This document shows, in pieces, positions 25,585-37,959 of a stretch of DNA of 64,000 nucleotides (the first letter of the stretch is position 1; each line of letters starts with the position of its first letter). The stretch spans positions 1,508 through 65,507 of the forward strand of contig ADNK01002468.1 of assembly GCA_000320545.1 (NCBI GenBank). Direction: 5' to 3'. The stretch comes from Bigelowiella natans CCMP2755 (taxonomy: Eukaryota > Protista > Cercozoa). Position numbers and translations under genes: made by a program. A model generated the notes under the pieces. That model worked only from the letters and a program-made list of their open reading frames with translations. It had not been told where the DNA came from and did no database searches.

Positions 25585-26316
25585 AGCTCCCTGTTATGTT
25601 GATTGTTTCAAAAATCCAAGAAATGTTATATAGATTTGTATTCACGTACGCTCAAAGCTCAGCACGAATTTTGATTTCACCAACACCATCAGGCAGTACA
25701 TTTTATCTTATCCTCTGACTACGTACACATCCAGGTTTCTCTTCGGCTATCCTGGTGCTACCGATCCTTCTTAGCTCTTGCGGCGTACTCAGTACTGGTG
25801 GCCTTGCTCATCAAGTCATTAAATATACATGAGACTGGTTTGATGAAAAATTGAATTCTTTCAAATGTCATCCCAATATAATACACACGTGCATGTGTGC
25901 ACAAATATACTTGCCATGTGACGAGCGTGATGATAAGTTATCAAATCAATTAAATGGCGCCAATCAATTGCAGCTCTGTGCTCAATGTCTAGATGTATAG
26001 TAGCTATTTTAAAATCACGGCTACGTACACGCCCGACCTCTCAGTGTGATGCGATGCAATGCGATGCCGACAAGTGCCTATGTGATTATAATAACATGCT
26101 GTATTTGCGCATATGGCAGCGGCGCCGGCGCCCGTATACACACCACAAAATGTACTAGCTAGCTAGATGTAGCAGCTAGGTAGCCACATCTAGACATGTA
26201 CATCCAGAGATGTCTTCATGCGAGGTGCAGGTACATATCAACGACATTACTAGAATGGTCTAGTCTAGGAGTAGCTACAAGTAGATGTGTAGAAGAGTGT
26301 ATGTGTGTTGCACACA

Positions 26317-26425
26317 CGCTGTAGCAGCTGCATTGCACAGCTACATGAGGATGACCATTGAACAAATTTAAATAATTAACTACATCCGTCTCTCTCTCTC
26401 TCTCTCTCTAGCTCTCTCTCTCTCT

Positions 26426-26468
<43 letters not shown>

Positions 26469-26551
26469 GTATATTTTAGTGCTGTAGCTGCCGCTTCGCA
26501 CAGGTACATTAGGATGACTGTTGAAAAAGTGTAACCACTTCATTACATCTC
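26317..26551 (+). repeat. two tandem TIR copies (26317-26392, 26479-26551) separated by (CT)n/(CA)n
   Basis: GCTGTAGCAGCTGCATTGCACAGCTACATGAGGATGACCATTGAA...TACATCCGTCTC and GCTGTAGCTGCCGCTTCGCACAGGTACATTAGGATGACTGTTGAAAAA...CATTACATCTC. Confidence 0.75.
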
Positions 26552-26602
26552 ACATGTACGAGCACATTTGACATCGCAAAGCGATCGAGTGTGATTTATC
26601 AC

Positions 26603-26730
<128 letters not shown>

Positions 26731-27752
26731 AGGCACATACATACATCTTAAGATATATCAGGCGGCGCAGAGGTATTCCCAACATAACGTATAATTACAT
26801 TCACAAAAAGAAACAAAATCAGCGGTACACAAAACGAATTATATTGCTATTGTGCGAAGATACTTATGGGTCATCGATAGTGATGCCATTCACACCTCAC
26901 CATAACGTATCACTCGACTAACTGTATGGGATTAGAGTTTATTATTATCTGCCCGCAAATGCGCAGCATTCTCTATGAGACTGCAGACTATTGTTCTCAA
27001 TTCGCAAGAAACTTACCACTCAAATTGTATCACAATTATCTTCAGCGAACTCTGCATAAAATTAAATTGAACAATAAGAACGTATTTTTCCCACTCTGGA
27101 TCGGAGTAAACTTTGAGGATGTAGCTCAGAAATGACATGAAAAAAAAGTTGTATAATCATTTGCCCCAAAAGAACATAAGCGATTAAGCCTTTCTCGTCA
27201 TCATTGCTACAAAAGAAAGAAGAGGAGAAGATGAATACGCAACCGACCTCTGCTTTCCAGTCACATTCTTAAAAGCCCCCCATGAACATGCGTGGAAAAC
27301 CGCGTATGTGCGGAGAGTTTTCTCTAAAACAAACAAAAATATATGAAGCGACAAGAATATTTCACACAAACTGAAAAAAATTGCATGGGTTTTCCAGCCG
27401 AATCAGCCATCAGATATTTTGCCGGTAATTTGAGTGAAACTTTTCAGAACAGACACAGTCCATGATTCAACCCACCTCAAGTAAGTTCCTTAGCTGTGCA
27501 AATTCAAACAGTTACATCACAGAATATACCAATAATTTTTTCCGAATTCGCCCGATCTTAATTTCCTCCTCGAAATCGAACGATTCCTTCGTATTTGCCG
27601 TTATCACTTCGAAGGGAGTCATCATCGTCGAAGGAAAAAGACGAGTCCCCTGGCATTCTAATAGCCTCGCCCGAATATAGGAGTTTGAGAAGTGGATCAA
27701 CCGTAAAAGGGGAATAAAATCAACACAGAGCAGACTGCAGCAAAGACGACGA

Positions 27753-28158
27753 ATGGGAGACGCGGTAGAAGGATCCGAACTTACAGCTGAGGAGCTCAGG
27801 TAATGATACTCTCGTAATGCGTGCATGTAAGAAATAGCAAATAGCCCCCCCGTTGCATCCACTTAATCCATAATACCGTAGGGAACTACAGATGCGGTCG
27901 AGAATCGAGGAAAAGCTAGTTCAGGAGGGAGAGAAGGAGAAAATTCTTGACCTCCTTCGAAAGAGGCTGATAGAATCAGGATGGAGGGACCAACTCAAAA
28001 AACACTGCAGTGAGATCATACGGAACAAGGGGCAGGATAAAATTACGATCGATGATCTTGCAAAAGAGATCATGCCAATGGGAAAGGCAAAAATACCTCA
28101 GAAAGTGAAAGAAGAGATGCTGGAACGGCTTCAAAAATTCCTGGCCAATTCATCATAG
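27753..28158 (+). CDS. ENY2: transcription and mRNA export factor ENY2/Sus1 (2 exons; intron 27800-27881)
   Basis: IEEKLVQEGEKEKILDLLRKRLIESGWRDQLK...TIDDLAKEIMPMGKAKIPQKVKEEMLERLQKFL is the Sus1/ENY2 signature. A first exon MGDAVEGSELTAEELR joins in phase. Confidence 0.92.
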
Positions 28159-29064
28159 CATCCTATGCTGTAATGTAGAGAGACGATGGTATAATCGTAG
28201 AAGCGTAAGCAGTTGTAGAGAAACAATGAGTAGCAGAAAGTGAACGAGTTCATCATTAACAATGGAAGCGTGTTTTACATATGAAACATAGTTGATGCAT
28301 GCTACAGTATGTTGCGAGGTTATGTATAATTATTCATTGCGTTGTACAAATCAGCAAAATTAGCAAAGTTCTTCACAAAATACGCAAGTGCGAAACACAT
28401 ACAATACAATGGGCACCGGTACTCTCATTGATAAGACGTTATATGCTTGCTGCTCCGTTAGCATGACACAAAACGAGGCCAGTAAGTGCCCACTTCGCGT
28501 CGCCCTTCGTACACATGACACGGCCGTGAAATCAATGTACTGCGTAATTCCAACAAAATCAAATAAGCTGTTATTTATTTTTAGTGTATTTGCACTTATT
28601 AGCTTGGATAGAAATCGTACACGATCACGCGTATGCGTAGGCGCATGGTCACAGCAGCCTGCTAGCCTGGGCTGCGCGACAATGCATCGATGGCCGTTCT
28701 TGTTGCCATTGTGCCTGCAGTGCGCATATACGCACGCACAGTTACTGCAGCCCACCAGGCTGCTTCATGCGCACCACAAATAAACGACAGAGCCTTAATT
28801 TTTCGTCACAAGCACTGTGTCTGTGCATGTGCGTTTTATATCATCGACGGTGAGAAAATAAAGTATCCAGCTCAACAATAACCACAATAAAACTTAACGC
28901 AAGGCATTAATTGTTGATGCGGCTGCACTTTGCATTTAAGATGTGCGCCCAACAATTTCGACACTCTATGCGCATTGCAGGGGAACGAAATCAATTTTCC
29001 TTGTGAATCTGAATTCGTTCATTCTTTGACTGTACATATATGCAGCTATTAACAATGAAAATAA

Positions 29065-30261
29065 TCAACGCTTCTGGTTTTTTCGTGTTTCCCAAAACAT
29101 GAAGTTGGATAAGGCCCAAGCTCCTAGTGTTAGTACCTTTTCCTTCGATGATGATTCCTGGTGGTTAGGAAACTTCACAACCCAATTTTCGGCACCACTA
29201 TTCTGCAAACATAGACCGCGTGCATTCCATCCTGGCCAGTGCACTTCAATGTATCCGTCAGGATTGGCCCGCCTCGCCTCATCTAATGTACGTGCTTGGC
29301 CACCACGCTCGCGGAATACGAAAGAGCGATGGACGTGGTTGAAGCAAGTTGGGGCGCAGCAGTTTTCGCACCCATTCCTCCCACCACAGAAAAATGGTGT
29401 ATATATAGTAAGGATGTGGTTATCTCTTTCATCGTATGCATTCATAAAGCGTTCACAAGGCCAAAAGCAATTCCACCATCTCCAATCCTGTACTACACGG
29501 CCTCTTGTTTCCTGCGTGGTTCCATCGAACAATATCAATTCTTGAGGCCACGGCATATAGCAACAGCATGGAACTGAACATCGAAATGGACGATACATAA
29601 GAAGCATGGGATCCTGATCTTGGGGCCATCCCTCAGAGAATCGAAGCCCAGGATTTCTTCCGTTCGTTGGAGGAAAGACACCTAACTTTAGTTCCCTAGT
29701 GCTGTGAAGAGTATAGCGACAGCAGCAACTACTGTCCTCATGTACTTCCATAGCAAGGGGCTGAGCCAGAAAGTGCTCATCTCTCATTTCGCGAGGCATA
29801 TCAGGTGTCCACGCCCCGACCTTGAACTATAGTCATTTGTATCATAAGGAGGAGACAATTTATGTATTAGGAGACCAAACTTTTCATCACAATATAAAGC
29901 TTCATACCTGGGTCTTACGCTCACAGAACCCAAACAGCACTTGACTCCAATAGAACCGTTGCCGTATGATGAGGCCATGCTTATCGGCCAGTACGCCGTC
30001 AACAACAGCAACTGGTTCTGCCGTTACCACTTCTTCCTGTCTCGCTAATGGTTGTAACATTTCCAACTCTGTGTCTTCCAGAGCTGGGGCTGAAGGCATT
30101 AGGCCATACCTCTTTACATCTCCTTCTGAAGACCACATTACGTCATCACAAATGAGTTGCGTTCTTGTTTGAGCACTACCTTGCTCCAAGAGGGACCCGA
30201 CGTTTGATCTATTCTCCATGATGGCCGTGTATCTCCCTCCCCTTTCGGACTGCCCTATCAT
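29065..30261 (-). CDS. phospholipid scramblase family protein (2 exons; start uncertain)
   Basis: LADKHGLIIRQ...FGFCERKTQ, EDSSCCCRY, LMYRPFRCSVPCCC, GRVVQDW, VKFP...KVLTLGA..NFMFWE: scramblase-type Cys-rich pattern. The intron is ~29907-29826. Confidence 0.75.
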
Positions 30262-30811
30262 AGGAACGGACTCTTCCTTTGATCCGGCCTCAAGCAAAGG
30301 GAAGGAGCTACTTGTTGAGCCGTAAGGAGGGGTGTAAATGGGGACGGGTGTCACAGCTTCCCACCTTTGGAAAATTTTCCGATGTATCTTTTCCAGAGAA
30401 TTAACAGAATATATGCCATGTCTCAATGGAGAAACCCCATGGAAAAAAGGACTAATGCGCTTTTTCCATTTTGGCACCTTAAAGATCACATTTGTTCGCG
30501 TTTTCCCCTAAAACACGAGCAGGTAATATCTGCGGTATTGGATATTTTACGCCTGCACTCAGCTCCTTTTTTCAGTTGGAAATCTGGGAATTTCGTTGTC
30601 TTAGCCTTGAAATCTTTATAGTTTTTGGATTTGGAATCAAAATTTCGCCAAAAATGCCCTCCCTTCTATTTGCCGAACAGCACAGCTTGTCGTACATGCT
30701 GCTACGAGATTCCTTCCCAGAACTCGTCCTTCCCCCCTACCACTCACACTGCTTGTTCTCGGCACAATACCGCACTGAAGTGGGAGTCCAGAACAAAATA
30801 CGGAAACAAGT

Positions 30812-33800
30812 ATGGACGGCCCCTTCGTCTATTCATTTTGCCGTCCGGACCTCTGGAAGAGGTGAGATCAGGCTATTGTTCTCCTTGCATTTGCGCCATC
30901 TTTTCTTCGTGTAGATGACCGTCTTGATTGGCCATACGATTTTCACATAACTTCTACCTGTTGGATGTTATTTTCGATTAGGGATCTTAAATTCCATTTC
31001 AACCATGATCCAAATCTGGGAAACGATTGCTTCAACGAGGTGGCCATACTATTTCCGGCTCACCTTGCAGCTATCCTCCTCATCCTGGTAAGGTTTTAGG
31101 TTCAACACCTTCCCCTCCTTCTAGGAATTTATTTTAGTTACAACCATCAAGAACGATATTTATGAGTAGAGAATCAAAAGAATTCTTTCACCAAAACATG
31201 ATGAAAGGATTCTTCGCATTCACAGGTCCGATACTGGTTCTTGAAGGATGTATCATATCAAGACCAGCCAGCCATCAAGTTTACTGGGGGTTCAATTACG
31301 CTCCAAAATTCCAAAATTGCTGCATCGCTTCTCATGTCTATCATTGCTCTAATCCAACTCTTCTCCGTTATATCGCGTGAGACAGGGCCAGAAGGACACG
31401 GGGTGGCACCCTTGGAGGTCATCATGATTCTTCTAGTCACTGTGATGTATGCCATTGGTGCATTCGTCATGAATGAGGAAAAGCAATGCTACGTCAACGC
31501 TGGTGGATGGACTTTACGCCTGGCCTACATTTTGGCAGGGTTTGCCGAGATCCTGAAATTCCAGAGCGTAATCGGACATCTCCACAAAGCCGACGTCAAC
31601 ACCTTTTTCATCGTGTACATCATATATGCCAGCCTGGGTTGGGCCCTCACTTTGGTTCAGATCTTCGTCTTCCCAACTGATTACGAGGTCCTTCGCGGAA
31701 CGGACTACCGTGCACTACACAACAGAATTAAAAAAAGCGAGCTCGAGAGCCCCGAGAAGGACGCAGATTTCCTCTCTCTACTTACGTTTTCGTGGCTGTC
31801 TAGCCTTCTCCAAGACGGTTATCGCAAGCCCCTCCAGTCTGACGACATCTATGGCCTCGCGAAGTACGACCAGTCCAAGACATTGACAACAACGTGGAAC
31901 CCTGTGTGGAAAGACCACATGAAGCGTCCGAATCCTAGCCTTGTGAAGGCTATTTCGGAGGTGTGGGGCTACAGGTTTTGGGGTGGTGGAATGCTAAAGC
32001 TGATAAATGACGGCGCGCAATTTATCGGCCCCATATTTCTCAGCCTCCTCGTCGACTTTGTAGGAGACAGGGACCAGCCCGAATGGAAAGGCTACTTTTA
32101 CGCCGGTCTGCTATTCGTCTGTACGATGATAGGCGCAGTTGGTGAAGCCCAATACTTCCAAATAGTTATGCGTGTCGGAGCACAAGTTCGCTCGGCGCTG
32201 CAGAACTCTGTCTTCAAGAAATCCATGTATATTAGCAATAAGGGCCGTCGAGAAGGCAAGTTCGGAGCAAACCTTGCTGTGAACAACCTAATCTCCTCGG
32301 ACTGTGAAAACATCGAAATGGCTACGAGAAACTTCCACATTCTTTGGTCGTCGCCTCTGCGTATCTTCATCTCGATATTCTTACTCTACCGTGAGTTGTC
32401 TTGGCCTTCTCTGGTGGGGGCAGCCTTTCTTGTGATGATGATCCCCTTGCAGAAACAAGTAGTCACAAGACTTACGCGGTATGCCAGGGCTGGGTTCAAA
32501 CGGGCGGATAAAAGAGTGAAGAAAGAAAAGGAGGCTGTCGAGGCTATGCAAATTGTCAAATGTTATGCGTGGGAACAGTCGTTCGTCAACGAAGCGGCCA
32601 GTCTACGAGAGGCGGAGCTCTCATTCCTTCGGAAATCTGCTGTTCTGGGCGCCTTCAATATGTGCTTGATCTTCTCAGTCCCAGTCCTTGTCTCCAGCAT
32701 CAGTTTCGCTGTTTACATTTTAGCTGGCAATGAGTTGACTGCAAGCAAGGCCTTCACGTCGCTCGCTCTCTACAACGTTCTCCGCATGCCCCTAATCTTC
32801 TTCCCGCAGGTAATCGCGCAGCTCACAGTGGCACTGGCGTCGATGGATCGTCTTGAAGACTACCTCTCACGCGATGAGGTCGAAGAAAAGGAGGTGATGC
32901 CTGTCCAAGAGGGCATGGCCGCAGTTCAAATCTCGGACGGAACCTTCGCCTGGGGATCTCTGGACAGCAAGAAGAACGAGGGAGAGGATGGGAAGGAGAA
33001 AAAGGAGGAAGGGGACAAGGAGATGCATGACAAGGCAGGACTTGAGACAGACTATTTCATAACTCTTAAAGATATCAACATGAAGGCTGAAAACGGGCAG
33101 CTGGTGGCCATCATTGGAGCAACAGGAGCTGGAAAATCGTCGCTGCTGCACGCTGTTCTGGGTGAGATTCCAACTAATAGTGGCGTGGTGCAGACTCGGG
33201 GTACTATCGCCTATGTTCCGCAGCAGGCATGGATATACAACGCAACAATTCGCAACAACATCCTGTTCGGTATGGAGTACGACGAGAAGCGCTACTGCCG
33301 TGCTGTCAGAATCTCCGGGCTTTCCAAGGATCTCCAAAATCTTGCTGCAGGAGATATGACTGAGATTGGCGAGCGGGGGATCAACCTGAGCGGTGGGCAG
33401 AAGCAGCGCGTTAGCATCGCACGGTCGGTTTATGCAGACTGCGACGTTTACCTGCTAGATGACCCCTTCTCGGCCCTTGACGCTCATGTCGGAAAGGAGG
33501 TGTTCGAGAAGTGCGTCCACGAGGGCCTCCGAGAGAAAACGCGCATCCTGGTGACCAACCAGATCCAATTCATCCACAAAGCCGATCATATCATCTGGCT
33601 CCACAAGAACCCCGTCGACGGTTCTGGCTTCATCCACTGCCAGGGCACCTTCCACCACCTCATGACCAACCACTCCGACTTCAGGCGGATGATGGAGGAT
33701 CAAGGCCAGACAGACAAGGAAGCGGGGGGAGAAGGAGCTGAGGCCGACGAGCACGGCGACCGCATGGCAGACGAGAAGCACCAGGACGACAATCTGCTAA

Positions 33801-36013
33801 AGCCCGTGGCACTCACGAGAATACACTCCTCGCAGAGTATCCGCACCGAGGCCAAGGAAAAAGCTAAAAAGCAGAAAGTGAAAACAGGCAGCGCCCTGAT
33901 TGTGAAGGAGGCTCGCGAGGAGGGTACCGTGAGCATGCAAGTCATCAAAGACTATGTCGTCGCGTGCGGCGGGACATGTGTGATGGTGAACTTGCTGTTC
34001 CTGTGGGTTGGCACACAAGCGCTATCTCAGGCGGCAAACTTCTGGCTAACGGTATGGACCGAGGACATGCTAGGTGATGGCTACAGTGTGGAGTTTTACC
34101 TCTCGATTTACGTCGCGTGGACGCTCGCGCAGTCCCTGGGCGAGTACGTCTCCAGCTACTACTTCGCACTGCGTGGGATCGAAGGAGCTCAGTTTCTGCA
34201 CGATAAGATGTTTAAGAGCCTACTCATGGCACCTATGCGCTTCTATAATGAGACCCCATTGGGCCGTATCATCAACCGCCTCACCAAGGACCAGTCCGAC
34301 ATCGACCGCAACCTCTCTCGCATGATTTCCCTCGCGGCTCGAGGCGTTCTGCAGCTTGTGGGCACCATGGTGATCATCGGGGTAGTCCAACCCCTAATCC
34401 TGATCATGTTCGCGCCTGTCCTCTACCTCTTCTGGTACGCTCAGCGCTACTTCCAATGCACGGCGCGGGAAGTGAAGCGGCTAGATAGTGTGACGCGTTC
34501 CCCCATTTATGCCCAGTTTAACCAGTGTCTCGACGGCACCAGCTCTATCCGCGCCTACAAGGCCCAGTCGCGGCTGATTGACGACTTCTACTCCAAGGTC
34601 GACAACAACGTGAGGATGTACCTCACTATTATCAGCTCAAACCGCTGGCTAGCACTCCGGCTAGAGCTTTTGGGAGCTCTTATCGCTTCCACAGCGGCAG
34701 CGGTTGTGGTGATCACGAGGAACAGCGTGCAGCCGGGCGCCGCCGGTCTGGCCTTGTCGCAGGCGTTCGCGGTTACGGGTACACTGAATCTGGTGGTCAG
34801 GCTGACTGCGGAGGCTGAGAACAATCTCAACTCGGTTGAGCGTGTCTCGGAGTATGGCAAGCTGGAATCCGAGGCGAGTGCAAGGATAAAGGACAAGGAC
34901 CCGAGTCCCAGCTGGCCGAATACGGGCAAGGTCCGGTTTGAGAACGTCCAGATGCGCTACCGCCCCGGCCTTCCGCTCGTGCTGCGCGGGCTCACCTTCG
35001 AAGTGCAGCCGGGGCAGAAGGTCGGAATCGTCGGTAGGACGGGTGCGGGGAAGAGCTCCTTATTCGTTGCGCTGTACCGGTTGGTAGAGCTCAATGGTGG
35101 GAAGATAGTGATAGACGGGGTGAATTGCGCGGAGATCGGGCTCTGGACCCTCCGGGAGAAGCTGAGCATCATCCCGCAGGACCCCGTGCTCTTCCGTGGG
35201 ACGATTCGGTTCAACATGGACCCTTTTGACGAACACCAAGATAGAGAGATCGTCGAGGCTCTCAAACGCGCCCATCTTTTCGGTGCCCTGCAAAGCATTG
35301 TGAGGGGTATTAACGCTAAGCGCGAGGAGGCGGAGAAGCGACGACAGGAGGAGCTAGAGGTGAAGATGGAACAGAAGGAAGCTGCGGGAGAGGAAGTGGA
35401 AGTGGGCGATAACCAGGCAGGAGAAGGAGGAAGGTGCTGTGGGCTGATGGGGTCTCGTGGACAACCAAGCTCCATCAACAACGCTGGGTATGCCCCACTT
35501 ACGGTCAATCTACCTGTGGGTGATAAAGGGGGGGACAATGAGAACAAGGTGATGACCGTCTTGGATGTGGAGGTGGAGGCGTCGGGCGAAAACTTCAGCG
35601 TGGGGCAGCGTCAGCTGCTATGCCTGGCTCGCGCTCTCCTCCGGCACTCAAAGATCCTCGTGCTGGATGAGGCGACGGCCGCCGTTGATACGAAGACTGA
35701 CGAGCTCATTCAACAGACCATCAGGTCGGAGTTCAAGGATTGCACCATGCTCACTATCGCGCACAGGATTAATACAATCATCGATGCGGACCGAGTGCTC
35801 GTTATGGACCTCGGACGTGTGGCGGAATACGATACACCGAAGAACCTACTTATGAACGAAGATGGCGCTTTCACTTCGTTGGTCAACGACACCGGGCCTG
35901 AGGTCTCTAAATTCCTCAAAGACGTTGCTTTCGGAAGAATCAAGCCTTTCCTCGAACGGAAGAATGATATGGAGGGCGATGCCGTCGAAGTGAAGCGAAA
36001 CGACGAGTATTAA
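30812..36013 (+). CDS. ABC transporter subfamily C (MRP-type, with TMD0); 3 exons
   Basis: Two NBDs (GATGAGKSS / LSGGQKQR / YLLDDP and GRTGAGKSS / FSVGQRQL / LVLDEATA), plus SPEKDADFLSLLTFSW and KRLDSVTRSP. Two short 5' exons give MDGPFVYSFCRPDLWKR-DLKFHFNHDPNLGNDCFNEV in phase. Confidence 0.95.
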
Positions 36014-36332
36014 AGGAAAATAGGAAATATTGCTACCGTTGAGTAAAAGCATCTCGCATTTATTGTAGCATTGGAATTTTAAATGTGAATCGGTGAGGAA
36101 GATCGAGATACTTACTTCGCTTTCGAATCAAGATAATCAAAACCCTGAAGGGAATAGAAGCTTCTCGCAATGGTTTTTCCAATTGCCACTATTACGATGT
36201 TGCTGAAAACGTTGATGCAAAGCTGATGTGATCAAAATAACGTATATATACTGTGTCGCCTACGATGCTAGCCGCAACAATGCATACGCATAATGCGGCA
36301 CGTGCTCCTGCAGTAAGTTCCTATGCTAGCTT

Positions 36333-36493
36333 TAGCTGCTCTCACTTGCACAGCTACATATATCAGGTTGGCAATTGAACAAATTTTAATTCATTCATTG
36401 CATCCGTCTCACATGCCAGTTCGTCTGTTTGTCATAGAAATATGTCTAGATGTCATCACAAGACGGGTGCAATGAAATGGCCACATTTTCATC
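36333..36493. repeat. back-to-back TIR copies (36333-36410 forward; 36461-36493 reverse)
   Basis: TTGCACAGCTACAT...ATTGAACAAATTT...TTCATTGCATCCGTCTC, then AGACGGGTGCAATGAAATGG. Confidence 0.7.
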
Positions 36494-36655
36494 TTGCATG
36501 CGATGCTAGCTAGTGTCTCTGCATGTCTTGTAGTCTAGCTGTGTCCAGCTGCGCACGCGCAGGCTTCCCGCAGTGCATTGCGCTTGCATGCGCGCATTGC
36601 ACGTGCGCAAACTTTGTAGAACTTGAAAGTTGCATGATGGACTGCATGATGTAGT

Positions 36656-36900
36656 TGATCAATGAAATGGACTTTCATCATTGTTCAATGCTAGTGCATG
36701 GTCATCATCCTTACATGCTAGCATGGCTGTGCAATGCAGCGGCTGCATCGTTGATGTTGAACCTGTTGGTCTCCGCTGTGTGTGATGTGTTTCGTGCAAT
36801 CAAATGCATGTTGTTCCGGTCTGCAATGTCGCGCATTTCGCACAGCAGTTCGTGTTTCCTTCTCATCAGATGTCAGTCTTTTCGTTTCGCCGTCGCGCAT
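36656..36900 (-). repeat. inverted, decayed copy of the element's right end
   Basis: The reverse complement reads ...GAAGGAAACACGAACTGCTGTGCG...ATGCATTTGATTGCACGAAACAC...GATGCAGCCGCTGCATTGCACAGC, collinear with 41540-41705. Confidence 0.65.
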
Positions 36901-37422
36901 CACCTCTGCTAGCTCTGGTCGGCGAGTGGCAGCATGCGGCTGGCATGTGGCACGCTGTGCATGCTGGCATGCAAGCAACTCAGCAAGCAACAGCAAGTGC
37001 AGAGAGCGTGAACACGCACGTGATCTTCCAAAGAACAAACGTTGATGCGCCAATGTGCAGTGACATGGACACGGAACACACGTGCACACGTGAGACACGT
37101 GGCTCCCATTGAGATCACGTTGTTCGAGATCCCTGTGTGCCACTGCGATGCACGTGAGATTGATGGAAACTTCACAAAACATGGCACATTGCGACTGGCA
37201 GATGTGTGGAGATCTCGAAAAAATGTGCGGACACGCCACAGAGATTCCACAGAATCACAAACCTTGAAAAGGATTTTGGGACTGCCTGGGTCCATTTCCA
37301 ACGACGTTCCCCACTAGCCCACGTTCTAGCTCACTGCTGCACTGCCTCTACAACATCGAACAAAAGTGCAGTGCAGTTGAAATTGCCAAGCATTGTTGTC
37401 ACATGGATGCGTGCCATCTGAA

Positions 37423-37927
37423 AGACGGGCACAATTGATCAATTGAACTTGTTCAAGGCCATCCTTGTGCGTGCAGCTGTGCAATGCAGCGGCTGCAGCG
37501 CCATCTGTGTGGTGGGCGATCTTGGAAAATTCGTGTTGTCCCGAGGACAATGTGAACAAGCAGATGCCTAATGCAACACACCTGGTGTCGTGAAAGATGT
37601 GAATCACCTCCTTCAATGCGAAGCGTGCGAACACCAATAGCTCAGATCATGAAACCAATTGAATGCGATCATGAACCGAAACGATGAGACGAAACTACTA
37701 ACTGAAGCGGAAAAAGAAGCACGGACCGATGCGCGCACTGCACGAACTCTAGAACTGCACGACTACATCGCGACGACAAGATATACATGGATGCTTTTGA
37801 ATGCATGAAACACACAATTGCAGAGACAAATGGACACAGCATGAGCGCTGTAGCCGCTGCTTTGCATACATGTAGCTACATTAGGATGATCATTGAAAAG
37901 ATTTAATCACTTCATTGCATCCGTCTC
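37423..37927 (+). mobile_element. degenerate ~500-bp non-autonomous TIR (MITE-like) element
   Basis: 37423-37501 (AGACGGGC...CTGTGCAATGCAGCGGCTGCAGCGC) is an imperfect inverted repeat of 37844-37927 (GCGCTGTAGCCGCTGCTTTGCA...CATTGCATCCGTCTC). No coding capacity and no clean TSD. Confidence 0.6.
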
Positions 37928-37959
37928 ACTTGCAACATGAGACATGTTCCTTGTGACTA

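Noticed and set aside
26800-27750. Short ORFs upstream of ENY2
   Set aside because: AT-rich, with no motifs and no consistent splice model found.
36655-37637. Overlapping ORFs open in nearly all six frames (also 20080-20667 and 41006-41842)
   Set aside because: A by-product of TpA loss removing TAA/TAG stops. The peptides are Cys/His/Ala-biased with no recognisable domain.
36445-37780. Ordinary CpG methylation decay or RIP as the cause of TG/CA richness
   Set aside because: CG remains frequent and TA is the missing dinucleotide, the opposite of both expectations.
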